Assembly: GCA_003452395.1 (NCBI GenBank)
Contig: DMOI01000041.1
Coordinates: 8,362-72,361 of the forward strand
Length of the DNA: 64,000 nucleotides
From: Clostridiales bacterium
Lineage (GTDB): Bacteria; Bacillota; Clostridia; Lachnospirales; UBA12420
Direction of reading: 5' to 3'
Position 1 is the stretch's first letter. Each line of letters starts with the position of its first letter. Below the pieces are notes generated by a model. That model did no database searches. It saw only the letters and a list, made by a program, of their open reading frames with translations, and had not been told where the DNA came from. This document shows, piece after piece, positions 10,958-19,474 of the stretch. The position numbers were made by a program, and so were the translations under genes.

Positions 10958-11992
10958 TTATTCATTATCTTCCAATTTCTCTGTTTCTAGGTTTGAAATA
11001 GATTTTAGGTTAAAATGAGTTCTTACAGTATTCTCTATTTCAAAACATACATCTGTGTTTTCAACAAGGAATTGCTTTGCATTTTCCCTTCCTTGACCTA
11101 TCCTCATGTCACCATAAGAATACCATGCTCCGCTTTTTACTACTATATTTAGTTTTGAAGCTAAATCCAAAATATCTCCTTGTTTTGATATGCCTGTCCC
11201 ATACATAATATCAAATTCAGCTATTTTAAATGGAGGCGCTACCTTGTTTTTTACTACTTTTACTTTTGTCCTGCTCCCAATAAATTCTTCACCTTGTTTT
11301 ATTGTGTCAGTTTTTCTCACATCGAGTCTAATTGTTGCATAAAACTTAAGAGCTCTTCCACCTGTTGTAGTTTCTGGACTTCCAAACATGACCCCTACTT
11401 TTTCACGTAATTGATTTATAAATATAACAGATGTTTTTGACTTACTAACTATTGCAGTTAACTTTCTTAGTGCTTGCGACATTAATCTTGCTTGCAAGCC
11501 TATATGAGAATCACCCATATCACCTTCGATTTCTGCTTTTGGTACCAAAGCCGCAACAGAATCGACAACCACTAAATCTACTGCCCCTGAGCGTACCATT
11601 ATTTCAACTATCTCAAGTGCTTGTTCACCATTATCAGGCTGTGAAATATAAAGCGAGTCTATATCCACTCCTAATTTTTTTGCATACGCAGGATCAAGTG
11701 CATGTTCTGCATCTATAAAAGCTGCTATGCCCCCTCTTTTCTGAACCTCTGCTATCATATGTAATGATACCGTTGTTTTACCAGAAGATTCAGGTCCAAA
11801 TATTTCTACTATTCTACCTCTTGGTACTCCGCCAACTCCTAATGCAATATCAAGGCTTATTGAGCCTGTTGGAGTTGCAGGTATGTTTGAATGATCCATC
11901 GAATCTCCAAGCTTCATTATTGCACCTTTGCCAAACTCTTTTTGTATTTGTGTTAATGCTGAGTCTAATGCTTTTTGCCTATTTTCGTCCAT
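10958..11992 (-). CDS. recA: recombinase RecA
   Basis: 344 aa. Walker [10 protein letters not shown], plus [13 protein letters not shown]. Confidence 0.98.
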   Translation of the reverse strand: MDENRQKALDSALTQIQKEFGKGAIMKLGDSMDHSNIPATPTGSISLDIALGVGGVPRGRIVEIFGPESSGKTTVSLHMIAEVQKRGGIAAFIDAEHALDPAYAKKLGVDIDSLYISQPDNGEQALEIVEIMVRSGAVDLVVVDSVAALVPKAEIEGDMGDSHIGLQARLMSQALRKLTAIVSKSKTSVIFINQLREKVGVMFGSPETTTGGRALKFYATIRLDVRKTDTIKQGEEFIGSRTKVKVVKNKVAPPFKIAEFDIMYGTGISKQGDILDLASKLNIVVKSGAWYSYGDMRIGQGRENAKQFLVENTDVCFEIENTVRTHFNLKSISNLETEKLEDNE

Positions 11993-12143
11993 TTATAACA
12001 ATCATCCTTTCGAAGCAAATTATGTATGTAGTTTACTAGTAAATAGTTCATATTTCCTCACAAATGTCTGTTTCTACCATTCATTAGTGCATATTCTCCA
12101 TTTACTAACTTATAGTATAACTTAATTTTAAATAATGGTCAAT

Positions 12144-12184
12144 AAAAAAAGTCATAATTTTTTAAAAAATTATGACTTTTTTTA
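12144..12184 (-). terminator. rho-independent terminator after secF (palindromic, could act on both strands)
   Basis: AAAAAAAGTCATAATTTTTT/AAAAAATTATGACTTTTTTT, an inverted repeat flanked by A/T runs, 16 nt after the secF stop. Confidence 0.7.
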
Positions 12185-12199
12185 TAAAATTGAAAATAT

Positions 12200-13360
12200 T
12201 TAGGCATTTTTTTCATCATTTTTAATCATATCATACCATAATGGACTTGAATTTGCTATAGAAGAGTATGTCCCTATAATTATACCTACCATAAGAGGGA
12301 ATGTAAATTCTCTTAGTGCCTCCACTCCAAATGTAAATAAAACTGCTACCACCATAACTGTTGTAAGTGATGTGTTTACTGATCTACCAAAAGTTTCTGT
12401 TATGCTTCTATTTATTAATTCTGCTAAGTTGAGTTTTGTATATAGTTTTTTATTTTCTCTTATTCTATCAAATATTATTACCGTGTCATTTATAGAATAA
12501 CCTATTATAGTCAAAATAGCTGCAATAAAAGCGGTATTTATTGGTATTCTAAATATTGCATAAACCGCAAGTACAATCAATACATCATGTAATAACGTTA
12601 TTCCTGATGCAATACCCATTTTCATATCCCTAAATCTAAATGCTATATATACCATTATTAAAAAGGTACCTAGCAGTATAGAACCAATAGCATTTACTGT
12701 CATTTCATTACTTATTGTTGGTGATATATCTTCTGTAGATACAAATGCATCACTATTTAGCTCATATTTTTCAGTTAGTCCTTTTATTACCTCATCAATA
12801 TAATTTTTATACGTTGTAGTTTCCACTGTCTGTGCAGTTGTATCAGTAATTACCTCTGGCACTGCCTGCGTAGTTGTTTCATTTGATGTAGTCGCCGTAA
12901 CTGGTGTAACATCTTGTGTCACCTCTGTATTCAAAGGCTGTACATCAGTAGCTTGTACATCTTTCACCTGTACTTCTGATGCTTCTACTGATAATTGCTT
13001 ACTGATATCAGATGTCTGACTTTCTGGTAAAGCTGCCGCTTCTACTATATTACCTTGTACAACTTTTTCTGGTATTTGATATTTGATTATAACTGTATTT
13101 TCGCCTTGTACCTTTTGAACTTGTACACTTTCTGATTTTGTTACATCATAAACTATCTTCATTATATCATCTTTGTTAAATTCTTTTCCTATATTTACTT
13201 TCATTATCGTTCCGCCAGTGAAGTCTATATCATAATTTAACATAGTGTCACCATTCATAAATTTATACGTAAACATAGTAATAAAGCCTGCTAATATTAT
13301 AACTATTGAAAACGTATAGAACTTCATTCTATTCTCTATTATTTTCATTATTTTCATCAA
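12200..13360 (-). CDS. secF: protein translocase subunit SecF with a low-complexity insertion
   Basis: 386 aa. The C-terminal six-TM SecF core (IGYSINDTVIIFDRIREN) is present. Residues ~105-183 are a T/Q/V/E-rich insert. Confidence 0.85.
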   Translation of the reverse strand: MMKIMKIIENRMKFYTFSIVIILAGFITMFTYKFMNGDTMLNYDIDFTGGTIMKVNIGKEFNKDDIMKIVYDVTKSESVQVQKVQGENTVIIKYQIPEKVVQGNIVEAAALPESQTSDISKQLSVEASEVQVKDVQATDVQPLNTEVTQDVTPVTATTSNETTTQAVPEVITDTTAQTVETTTYKNYIDEVIKGLTEKYELNSDAFVSTEDISPTISNEMTVNAIGSILLGTFLIMVYIAFRFRDMKMGIASGITLLHDVLIVLAVYAIFRIPINTAFIAAILTIIGYSINDTVIIFDRIRENKKLYTKLNLAELINRSITETFGRSVNTSLTTVMVVAVLFTFGVEALREFTFPLMVGIIIGTYSSIANSSPLWYDMIKNDEKNA

Positions 13361-13393
13361 TTTCTCTCCTTTTCTTTTGGCAAGTGGATATAT

Positions 13394-15244
13394 TTATTTT
13401 TTCTTTAAATCCATAACTGTTTTAGATCTTAAACGTGCTCCAAATAAAGTTGGATTCTTTACGCCTAAATCAACAAACGAATTTAATAATATTTTGGTTA
13501 CTATTAAAGCTGTAAACATAGAAACTATTAAACCTATCATTAATGTTTGTCCAAATCCTTTGATAGGTCCTGTTCCAAACCAGTACAATATTAGTGCTAT
13601 TATGAACGTCGTTGCATTCCCATCTATTATTGCACTCATAGCTTTTTTAAATCCTGCAGCCATAGCTGCTCTTGTTGTTTTTCCTGCATTAAGTTCTTCC
13701 TTTAACCTTGAGAATATTATAACATTTGCATCAACTGCCATACCTATTGAGAGTATCATACCTGCTATACCCGGTAAAGTAAGTGTAACATTAAATAAGC
13801 TAAATGCTGCAAGTACTAGAAATACATACCCTACAAGAGCTATGTCTGCAACGATACCTGGAAATCTATACATTACAAACATAAACACTAACACTAATAA
13901 AGCTCCAATTATACCCGCCTTTATACTTCCTGCTAATGCATCTTGTCCTAGTCTAGCTTCTATAGCTGTTCTTTGAATGTCTCTAAGTTCAAAAGGAAGA
14001 GCCCCAGAATTTATCAATTCCGCTACTGATTTTGCTTCCTTTTCACCTTCCATACCTGTTATTACTGCTGAACCTGTATCAATTTCAACATTAACTTTTG
14101 GCATACTAAGTATATCATTATCTAATAATATCACTATATAATTGTTTATATATTTTTTAGTTGCATTAGCAAACTTTTTTGTCCCCACTGGTGTCATTTC
14201 AAGCTTTACAACTGGTTCTAGAGGGCTTACTTGTGAAGCTTGCTCATAATCCATGCTTGCTCTACTTATATCTTTACCTCTTAAAACTAGTTCACCTTTT
14301 TGTTGAATACCTTGTATTATAGCTGTTGGCATCATCCCTTGTATTTGTTCTTCGGTAGCTGTCATACCTAATTGTGCAAATAATGCTTCAACTTCTTTTC
14401 GAGCATCCGTTTGTATTCCTTTAAATTGTTCATCTGTTATCCCATAAAATTTTAGTTCCGCTGTTCTTCCTATTTCACTAACCGCTTTATTTGGATCACC
14501 GATCCCTGGTATCTCAACTCTTATTCTATTACTTCCTTGTAGAGATACTTCTGCTTCTGTATAATTTTTTTCATTTAGTCTTTTTCTAAGTAATTCTACT
14601 GCAGAGTCCATATCTTCTTTTGAAGGATTCTTAATACCTGCCTCATATACAATACTTACTCCACCTTTTAAATCGAGTCCCAAATTTATATGTTGATAAC
14701 TTAAAGGGTTATTAAACGTAAGTAATGGCTTTTTTGGAGCTTGCTTTACTGGTGCTGCAGTTGTAGTTGTTGGTGTTGGTGTTGTTACAGTTGGTTCTAC
14801 TATATCTTCACCTGTTGTAGTTATCTCAGGGGCAGCAACTGTAGTTTTTGCTGGTGTAGCATCTGGTGTTCCTGCTGGTGCTACTGTCTTTGCTCCTGTT
14901 GTAGTTGGTGCTATCGTTGCAGTTGCTGTTTCTGCTGGCACTGTAACTATTTCTGTATCAACTGTTGCCTCTTTTACTACTGGTGCTGGCTTAGCTATTG
15001 GAATTGTTGTTGCTAGTTCCTCATTGCCTACTACCGGTGTATTAGTCGTTGTTACATCTGGGGCAACAGCTCCATCTGTTTTTGGCACTACTTCCTTATT
15101 TTCTGCGCTTTGTTCAACATTTTTTGTTTCTACTTTTTTTTCTTCCCCACCAATTGTGATAACTTTACCTGATAAAACCATATATCCAATAATCGCTATC
15201 ACAAGTAATATTCCTAAAATTTTTAATAAACTCTTTGCTTTCAT
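13394..15244 (-). CDS. secD: protein translocase subunit SecD with a long T/P/A-rich insertion
   Basis: 616 aa. SecD core (GLDLKGGVSIVYEA, IGMAVDANVIIFSRLKEE) is present. Residues ~40-175 are T/P/A/V low complexity. Confidence 0.85.
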   Translation of the reverse strand: MKAKSLLKILGILLVIAIIGYMVLSGKVITIGGEEKKVETKNVEQSAENKEVVPKTDGAVAPDVTTTNTPVVGNEELATTIPIAKPAPVVKEATVDTEIVTVPAETATATIAPTTTGAKTVAPAGTPDATPAKTTVAAPEITTTGEDIVEPTVTTPTPTTTTAAPVKQAPKKPLLTFNNPLSYQHINLGLDLKGGVSIVYEAGIKNPSKEDMDSAVELLRKRLNEKNYTEAEVSLQGSNRIRVEIPGIGDPNKAVSEIGRTAELKFYGITDEQFKGIQTDARKEVEALFAQLGMTATEEQIQGMMPTAIIQGIQQKGELVLRGKDISRASMDYEQASQVSPLEPVVKLEMTPVGTKKFANATKKYINNYIVILLDNDILSMPKVNVEIDTGSAVITGMEGEKEAKSVAELINSGALPFELRDIQRTAIEARLGQDALAGSIKAGIIGALLVLVFMFVMYRFPGIVADIALVGYVFLVLAAFSLFNVTLTLPGIAGMILSIGMAVDANVIIFSRLKEELNAGKTTRAAMAAGFKKAMSAIIDGNATTFIIALILYWFGTGPIKGFGQTLMIGLIVSMFTALIVTKILLNSFVDLGVKNPTLFGARLRSKTVMDLKKK

Positions 15245-15473
15245 AAAATTCTCCTTTCGTTAATACAATGAACAATTTGCATTTTATAAATGCTAAATTT
15301 CATTGAGGACAAAGCCCGTTACAGTGTACTTTAAGGTATTTCATATGTATTGATATCTAATATTCTGATATCCATTTATACCTTCCATATTATAGTAGTT
15401 TTTTGTAAAATAGTCAAGCCTTTTATGCAATTTCATAGGATAAACTTATTAAAGGCTTTTCTTTCAAATGCAA

Positions 15474-15500
15474 AAGACAACCGCTTTCGCTAGTTGTCTT
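15474..15500 (-). terminator. terminator after the Rpn remnant
   Basis: AAGACAAC-11 nt loop-GTTGTCTT. On the minus strand it is followed by TTTTG. Confidence 0.6.
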
Positions 15501-15532
15501 CTGATCCTCTAATAGTAAAATCAGATTGAAAG

Positions 15533-16284
15533 TTATTGCCTTTTTGATTTTTCTTGCTCCATAATTACCTCAATTTTTTCTTTTGAAACCTTTGTTATTT
15601 TAGAAATCGTATCTTGATCCATATTTGAGTTTATCATATTTATTACAACACCCTCTATACCTTTTTCTATACCTTTTTCTATACCTTCTTTTATACCTTC
15701 TTTTATACCTTCTTCTCTTGCTCGTTCTTCTAGTCTTCGTCTTTCTCCCTTCCACATAGCTTCATCGTGTAGCCACATTTCTCTTCTTAGGTATTTGTCT
15801 CTTTCTTTTTCGTCTTCACTTATTTTTTCGAGTGTTTCATATGCCATTCGTATAGTCTCCTCTCTTTCTATAATTTTTTTGATTATTCTTTCTTTTTTCT
15901 CATCTCCTGCATCTCTTACAAATGTTAACCACATTTCTAGCTTGCTTAGTTCTTCTATATTTTCTTCTACGCCGAGTAACTTCTCTAATTCTATTATATG
16001 TATTTCTAGATCTTCAATATACTCAAAACCTTCTTCTACTTCTTTTATTTTATATTTTGTATGATATTTTTTTGTTTCTTTAATTAAGTTTTCCTTTAGT
16101 ATAACAACCTGTATTACTTTTTGGAGTTTCTCATATTCATTACCTTGGTTTAAATTATCTGTGTATAGCTTTGACCAATAATATAAAAACCTTTTTTTCA
16201 GTTGCTCACTAGAGGCTATTTGCATTCTGGTTTGTCTAGTCCAAATACTAGTTTGAACGCAAAGTCGATGGTCAAATCCATCAT
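15533..16284 (-). pseudogene. Rpn/YhgA-like (TIGR01784-type PD-(D/E)xK) recombination-promoting nuclease remnant with internal deletion
   Basis: The 230-aa ORF MQIASSEQLKKRFLYYWSKLY... matches only the part downstream of the nuclease core. Just upstream (16284..16219, other frame) I read MMDLTIDFAFKLVFGLDKPECK*, the family N-terminus (DxAFKxxFG). The core between them is missing and the frames differ. Confidence 0.6.
15656..15715 (-). repeat. 12-nt coding tandem repeat (5 units) encoding GIKE/GIEK
   Basis: Plus strand reads TATACCTTTTTC x2 then TATACCTTCTTT x2 and TATACCTTCTTC. The protein reads GIKEGIKEGIEKGIEKGIEG. Confidence 0.85.
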
Positions 16285-16654
16285 CTTAAATTTCTTATTT
16301 TGTGCCACTTATATCATCCTTTCTCTTTTGTATATTTTTATATTAGTATAGCATATTTTTTTTTATTTTCAATGCAGAATGCTGATTTTTGTATAGTTAT
16401 TTTTATATTTATTGTTTCAAAAATCGGCGGCTACGCCGCACTGATTTCCTAACTTACTCCCCTTCTCCATTTTCCTTCCTAAAAATAAAGCTCCTCCCAA
16501 ATAAAATTGCCCATCTAGGGCAATTTTATTTGAAGTCCGTTGCACTCTTCGAGTATAGTTTAACTAAGCTTTGAAAATACCAAAGCTAAGTTTCCACTTA
16601 CCGCGTACAACACTAATTCCGCGGCTCTTCTCTTCCAATATTTTTCCATCCTTT

Positions 16655-18037
16655 TTATTCCCACGTTATCGTATTTGCTTCCCCGACACTAGCTCCGCTC
16701 GCTCCATCTAGTGTCATACCCGACGGACTTAAAAACAAAGCCGGGCGAACACCCCTGTAACCGATATAGGCGACACTGACGTCCACCGTGCCAACCTCGG
16801 ACACGAGGCGGACGTGGCACGAACCAGGCGCATACGAGTCCCTTAACCAATAATACCAATACGCCCCTGTATTTAATCCTGCATTTGTGTATCCTCCTGT
16901 TGCACTTTGCGTTACTGCTTGACCCGTTGGATATGCTTTTGTCCATGCTTCTCTTTCTTCTAATGTTCCTAATACTACATTACTATATACATAGTCATTT
17001 AGTTCCTTTATTCCTAGTAAAAATACACTTTCTGTTGTATCTTTGTATCTTGCCATATTATAATCATTTACTCCTGTTGCTGCCCCATTATTATCTAATG
17101 CATATCTTGGATTTGTTGTCCAATATCCATGTTCTTCTGTTCCTCCCGTTTTTGCGACTGCATCTGTTGTTGCTAGTATTGTTTTATGGGTTACCGGCAT
17201 TATTTTACTTCTTTCTTCTCCGTCAAAGTTTCCTTCTGCTAGAAATCCTTTTTCTATATTATATGGGTTATACCCCGATGGTGCATTCAACAAGTGTGTT
17301 GCGTCTGGCGATATATATTCTAGCCAGTCTACTAAGTTCGCATTTGCACTACTGTTTAGCCATGCTTTTAGGTTGCTTTTATCCCAGTAGTTACTTCCGT
17401 ATAGTCCTCTATCTGCATCTCCCCCTGCTCCTGCTATATTCTCTTCTCCTGTTGCGTCAAATGCTTTTATACTTATTATTTTATCGCTAAATAGCATGAG
17501 GTCTCCCACATGTAATCCACTTCCTGGGTTTGCATCTAGGTATGCCTGGTCTACTTTGTTTATTACTCTCCATACTATATCTGCATCGTTATATTTGCCA
17601 AACTTTATATACTTCCCTACTGCCACATCTGCTACTACTGGTGGCTCTGGTTCTCCTCCTCCACTTGCTACTCCTGTTACTTCTACTACTATCGGTGTTA
17701 CTGTTGCTACTCCACTTGCGCTTACTGCTACTACGTATGGTCCTGCTTGTGGATGTCCTGCTGGTAATGGATTTGTTGGTACTTCTTTTATGTACCCCTT
17801 TGTTGCCATATCTTCTATTATATTTGCTTGTGGCATTGCTATTTCTTCTTGCCATAGATATGCCTGTGCTTGTGTTTGTAGTGTTGTCACATTAGCATTA
17901 TGTGCTATCTGCTTTGCTGTTTCACTCTTATTCATAAATATTGGTATCGCTATTGTTGCTAGCGCCGCTAGAATTACTAGCACTGCTAGTAATTCTAGCA
18001 ACGTAAACCCTTTTTTGTCATTTTTCTTTACTCCCAT
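16655..18037 (-). CDS. prepilin-type N-terminal methylation-domain protein fused to a large DUF6273-like C-terminal domain
   Basis: KKGFTLLELLAVLVILAALATIAIPIF is a class III signal / pilin N-terminus. C-terminal features are WRVINK...LMLFSDKII and YWYYWLRDS...GYRGVRPALFLS (WWLRS...GVRPAL pattern). Start moved to ATG 18037, preceded by AGAGGAGAG; the ORF is open to 18103. Confidence 0.7.
   Translation of the reverse strand: MGVKKNDKKGFTLLELLAVLVILAALATIAIPIFMNKSETAKQIAHNANVTTLQTQAQAYLWQEEIAMPQANIIEDMATKGYIKEVPTNPLPAGHPQAGPYVVAVSASGVATVTPIVVEVTGVASGGGEPEPPVVADVAVGKYIKFGKYNDADIVWRVINKVDQAYLDANPGSGLHVGDLMLFSDKIISIKAFDATGEENIAGAGGDADRGLYGSNYWDKSNLKAWLNSSANANLVDWLEYISPDATHLLNAPSGYNPYNIEKGFLAEGNFDGEERSKIMPVTHKTILATTDAVAKTGGTEEHGYWTTNPRYALDNNGAATGVNDYNMARYKDTTESVFLLGIKELNDYVYSNVVLGTLEEREAWTKAYPTGQAVTQSATGGYTNAGLNTGAYWYYWLRDSYAPGSCHVRLVSEVGTVDVSVAYIGYRGVRPALFLSPSGMTLDGASGASVGEANTITWE
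16681..16870 (-). other. GC-rich, sense-strand adenine-depleted 3' segment of the pilin-like gene
   Basis: Hand count over 16681-16860: about 57% G+C and about 15% A on the coding strand. The rest of the gene and its neighbours are AT-rich. Third codon positions switch to G/C/T. Confidence 0.7.
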
Positions 18038-18113
18038 GTTTTTTCTCTCCTCTTTCGCTGTCTTATTTTCCCTAATATTATCATTTTTTAGATAGTGAGT
18101 CAAGAATTTTTTG

Positions 18114-19124
18114 TCATTTTTTTACGGTTTCAACAAAGTTAAGTCCAAAATGTTGATACGTAAGTTTTGTTGCAATTCGTCCTCGTGGTGTTCTATCAAT
18201 ATATCCAAGTTTTATAAGATAAGGCTCATACACATCTTCTATCGTTCCTGCATCTTCGCCAATCGATGCAGCTAGAGTATCAAGTCCTACAGGCCCACCT
18301 GAATACTTGTCTATTATGCAAGTTAGTAGCTTTCTATCTACATCATCAAGTCCAACTGTATCTATCTCTAAAGCATTTAAAGCCTCATTTGCTACGTTCT
18401 CCGTTATAACACCATCATGCATAACCTGAGCAAAATCTCTCACCCTCTTAAGTAATCTATTTGATATTCTCGGGGTTCCTCTAGACCTTCTTGCTAATTC
18501 TTTTGCACCTGTTTCATCTATTCCCACTGATAATATCTTCGAAGAACGATTCACAATTTGAGTTAACTCTTCATTATCGTAAAATTCGAGTTTATGAATC
18601 ACTCCAAATCTATCCCTAAGCGGAGATGATAGTAGTCCTATCCTTGTAGTTGCACCTATTAGCGTAAATTTAGGTAACTCAAGTCTTATAGACTTTGCGC
18701 CCGGCCCTTTACCTATAATTATATCAAGTGCATAATCCTCCATAGCAGGATACAAAACCTCTTCTATTGTCTTATTTAACCTATGTATTTCATCAATAAA
18801 AAGGATATCATTCTCGTCAAGACTAGTCAAGATAGAAGCCAAGTCCCCAGGCTTTTCTATTGCTGGTCCCGATGTTATCTTTATATTCCCCTTCATCTCA
18901 TTAGCTATTATCCCTGCAAGTGTAGTCTTTCCAAGCCCCGGAGGACCATATAGCAAAACGTGATCGAGCGGCTCACTTCTCTGCCTAGCTGCTTGTATAA
19001 AAATATTTAGATTCTTCTTAATCTTACTCTGCCCAATATACTCATTAAGACTAACAGGCCTAAGCTTAGGCTCTAAATCCTTATCCTCACTATCAATATC
19101 CGCAGTAATTATCCGTTTTTTCAA
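18114..19124 (-). CDS. ruvB: Holliday junction branch migration helicase RuvB
   Basis: 336 aa. Walker [12 protein letters not shown], plus [20 protein letters not shown] start preceded by GGGGAGG. Confidence 0.97.
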   Translation of the reverse strand: MKKRIITADIDSEDKDLEPKLRPVSLNEYIGQSKIKKNLNIFIQAARQRSEPLDHVLLYGPPGLGKTTLAGIIANEMKGNIKITSGPAIEKPGDLASILTSLDENDILFIDEIHRLNKTIEEVLYPAMEDYALDIIIGKGPGAKSIRLELPKFTLIGATTRIGLLSSPLRDRFGVIHKLEFYDNEELTQIVNRSSKILSVGIDETGAKELARRSRGTPRISNRLLKRVRDFAQVMHDGVITENVANEALNALEIDTVGLDDVDRKLLTCIIDKYSGGPVGLDTLAASIGEDAGTIEDVYEPYLIKLGYIDRTPRGRIATKLTYQHFGLNFVETVKK

Positions 19125-19360
19125 TAAAATCGCCTCCCCTCAGTTTTATAACTTGTTTTTTATTTATTACAACCACTACTACCCTCACCCTACCCTCTCC
19201 CTACAACAAAGGGAGAGGGTAACCAACTCTTTATCTTTTATTTTTTTTGTTTTTTATTTTTTGTTTTTTATTTCTTATTTCTTATTTTTTATAAATTTGC
19301 GAAGCTCCTTACTCACAATCGTGCGTGTGACGCGATAGCGAAGTAGCTAAGTTTGTGAGC

Positions 19361-19432
19361 CATCCCCCTTAAAGGGTAAGGGGTTAGGGGTTTTGAGTTT
19401 TTTTGTTACTTTTTTTTGAAAAAAAGTAAGAG
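19361..19432 (+). repeat. dispersed ~70-bp element, copy 1 (G/C hairpin + TTAGGGG + AT palindrome)
   Basis: CCCCTTA-aaggg-TAAGGGG hairpin followed by TTAGGGGTTTTGAGTTTTTTTGTTACTTTTTTTTGAAAAAAAGTAA. The 35-nt core 19395-19429 is identical to 45467-45501. Confidence 0.8.
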
Positions 19433-19474
19433 AGCTTTTTTATATTTATTACTTTTTTAAAAGCAAAATACTCC

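Noticed and set aside
14741-15016. 91-aa Cys/Trp-rich ORF (MLYWCCSCSCWCWCC...)
   Set aside because: It is antisense to the T/P/A-rich insert of secD, so it is an artefact of the repetitive ACN/CCN/GCN codons on the other strand.
16226-16654. Search for a DGR template repeat and reverse transcriptase next to the adenine-depleted segment
   Set aside because: I found no near-copy of 16690-16870 by eye in this spacer or elsewhere in the window, and no RT-like ORF in the track. A complete local DGR cassette is therefore not supported, and only the remote-variable-region hypothesis is kept.
16885-18095. Long plus-strand ORFs (201, 199, 121 aa) and nested minus-strand ORFs (16689..16946, 17589..17855) overlapping the pilin-like gene
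   Set aside because: Their translations are Leu/Ser/Cys-rich low complexity with no start signals. They are shadow frames left open by the skewed composition of the real minus-strand gene.
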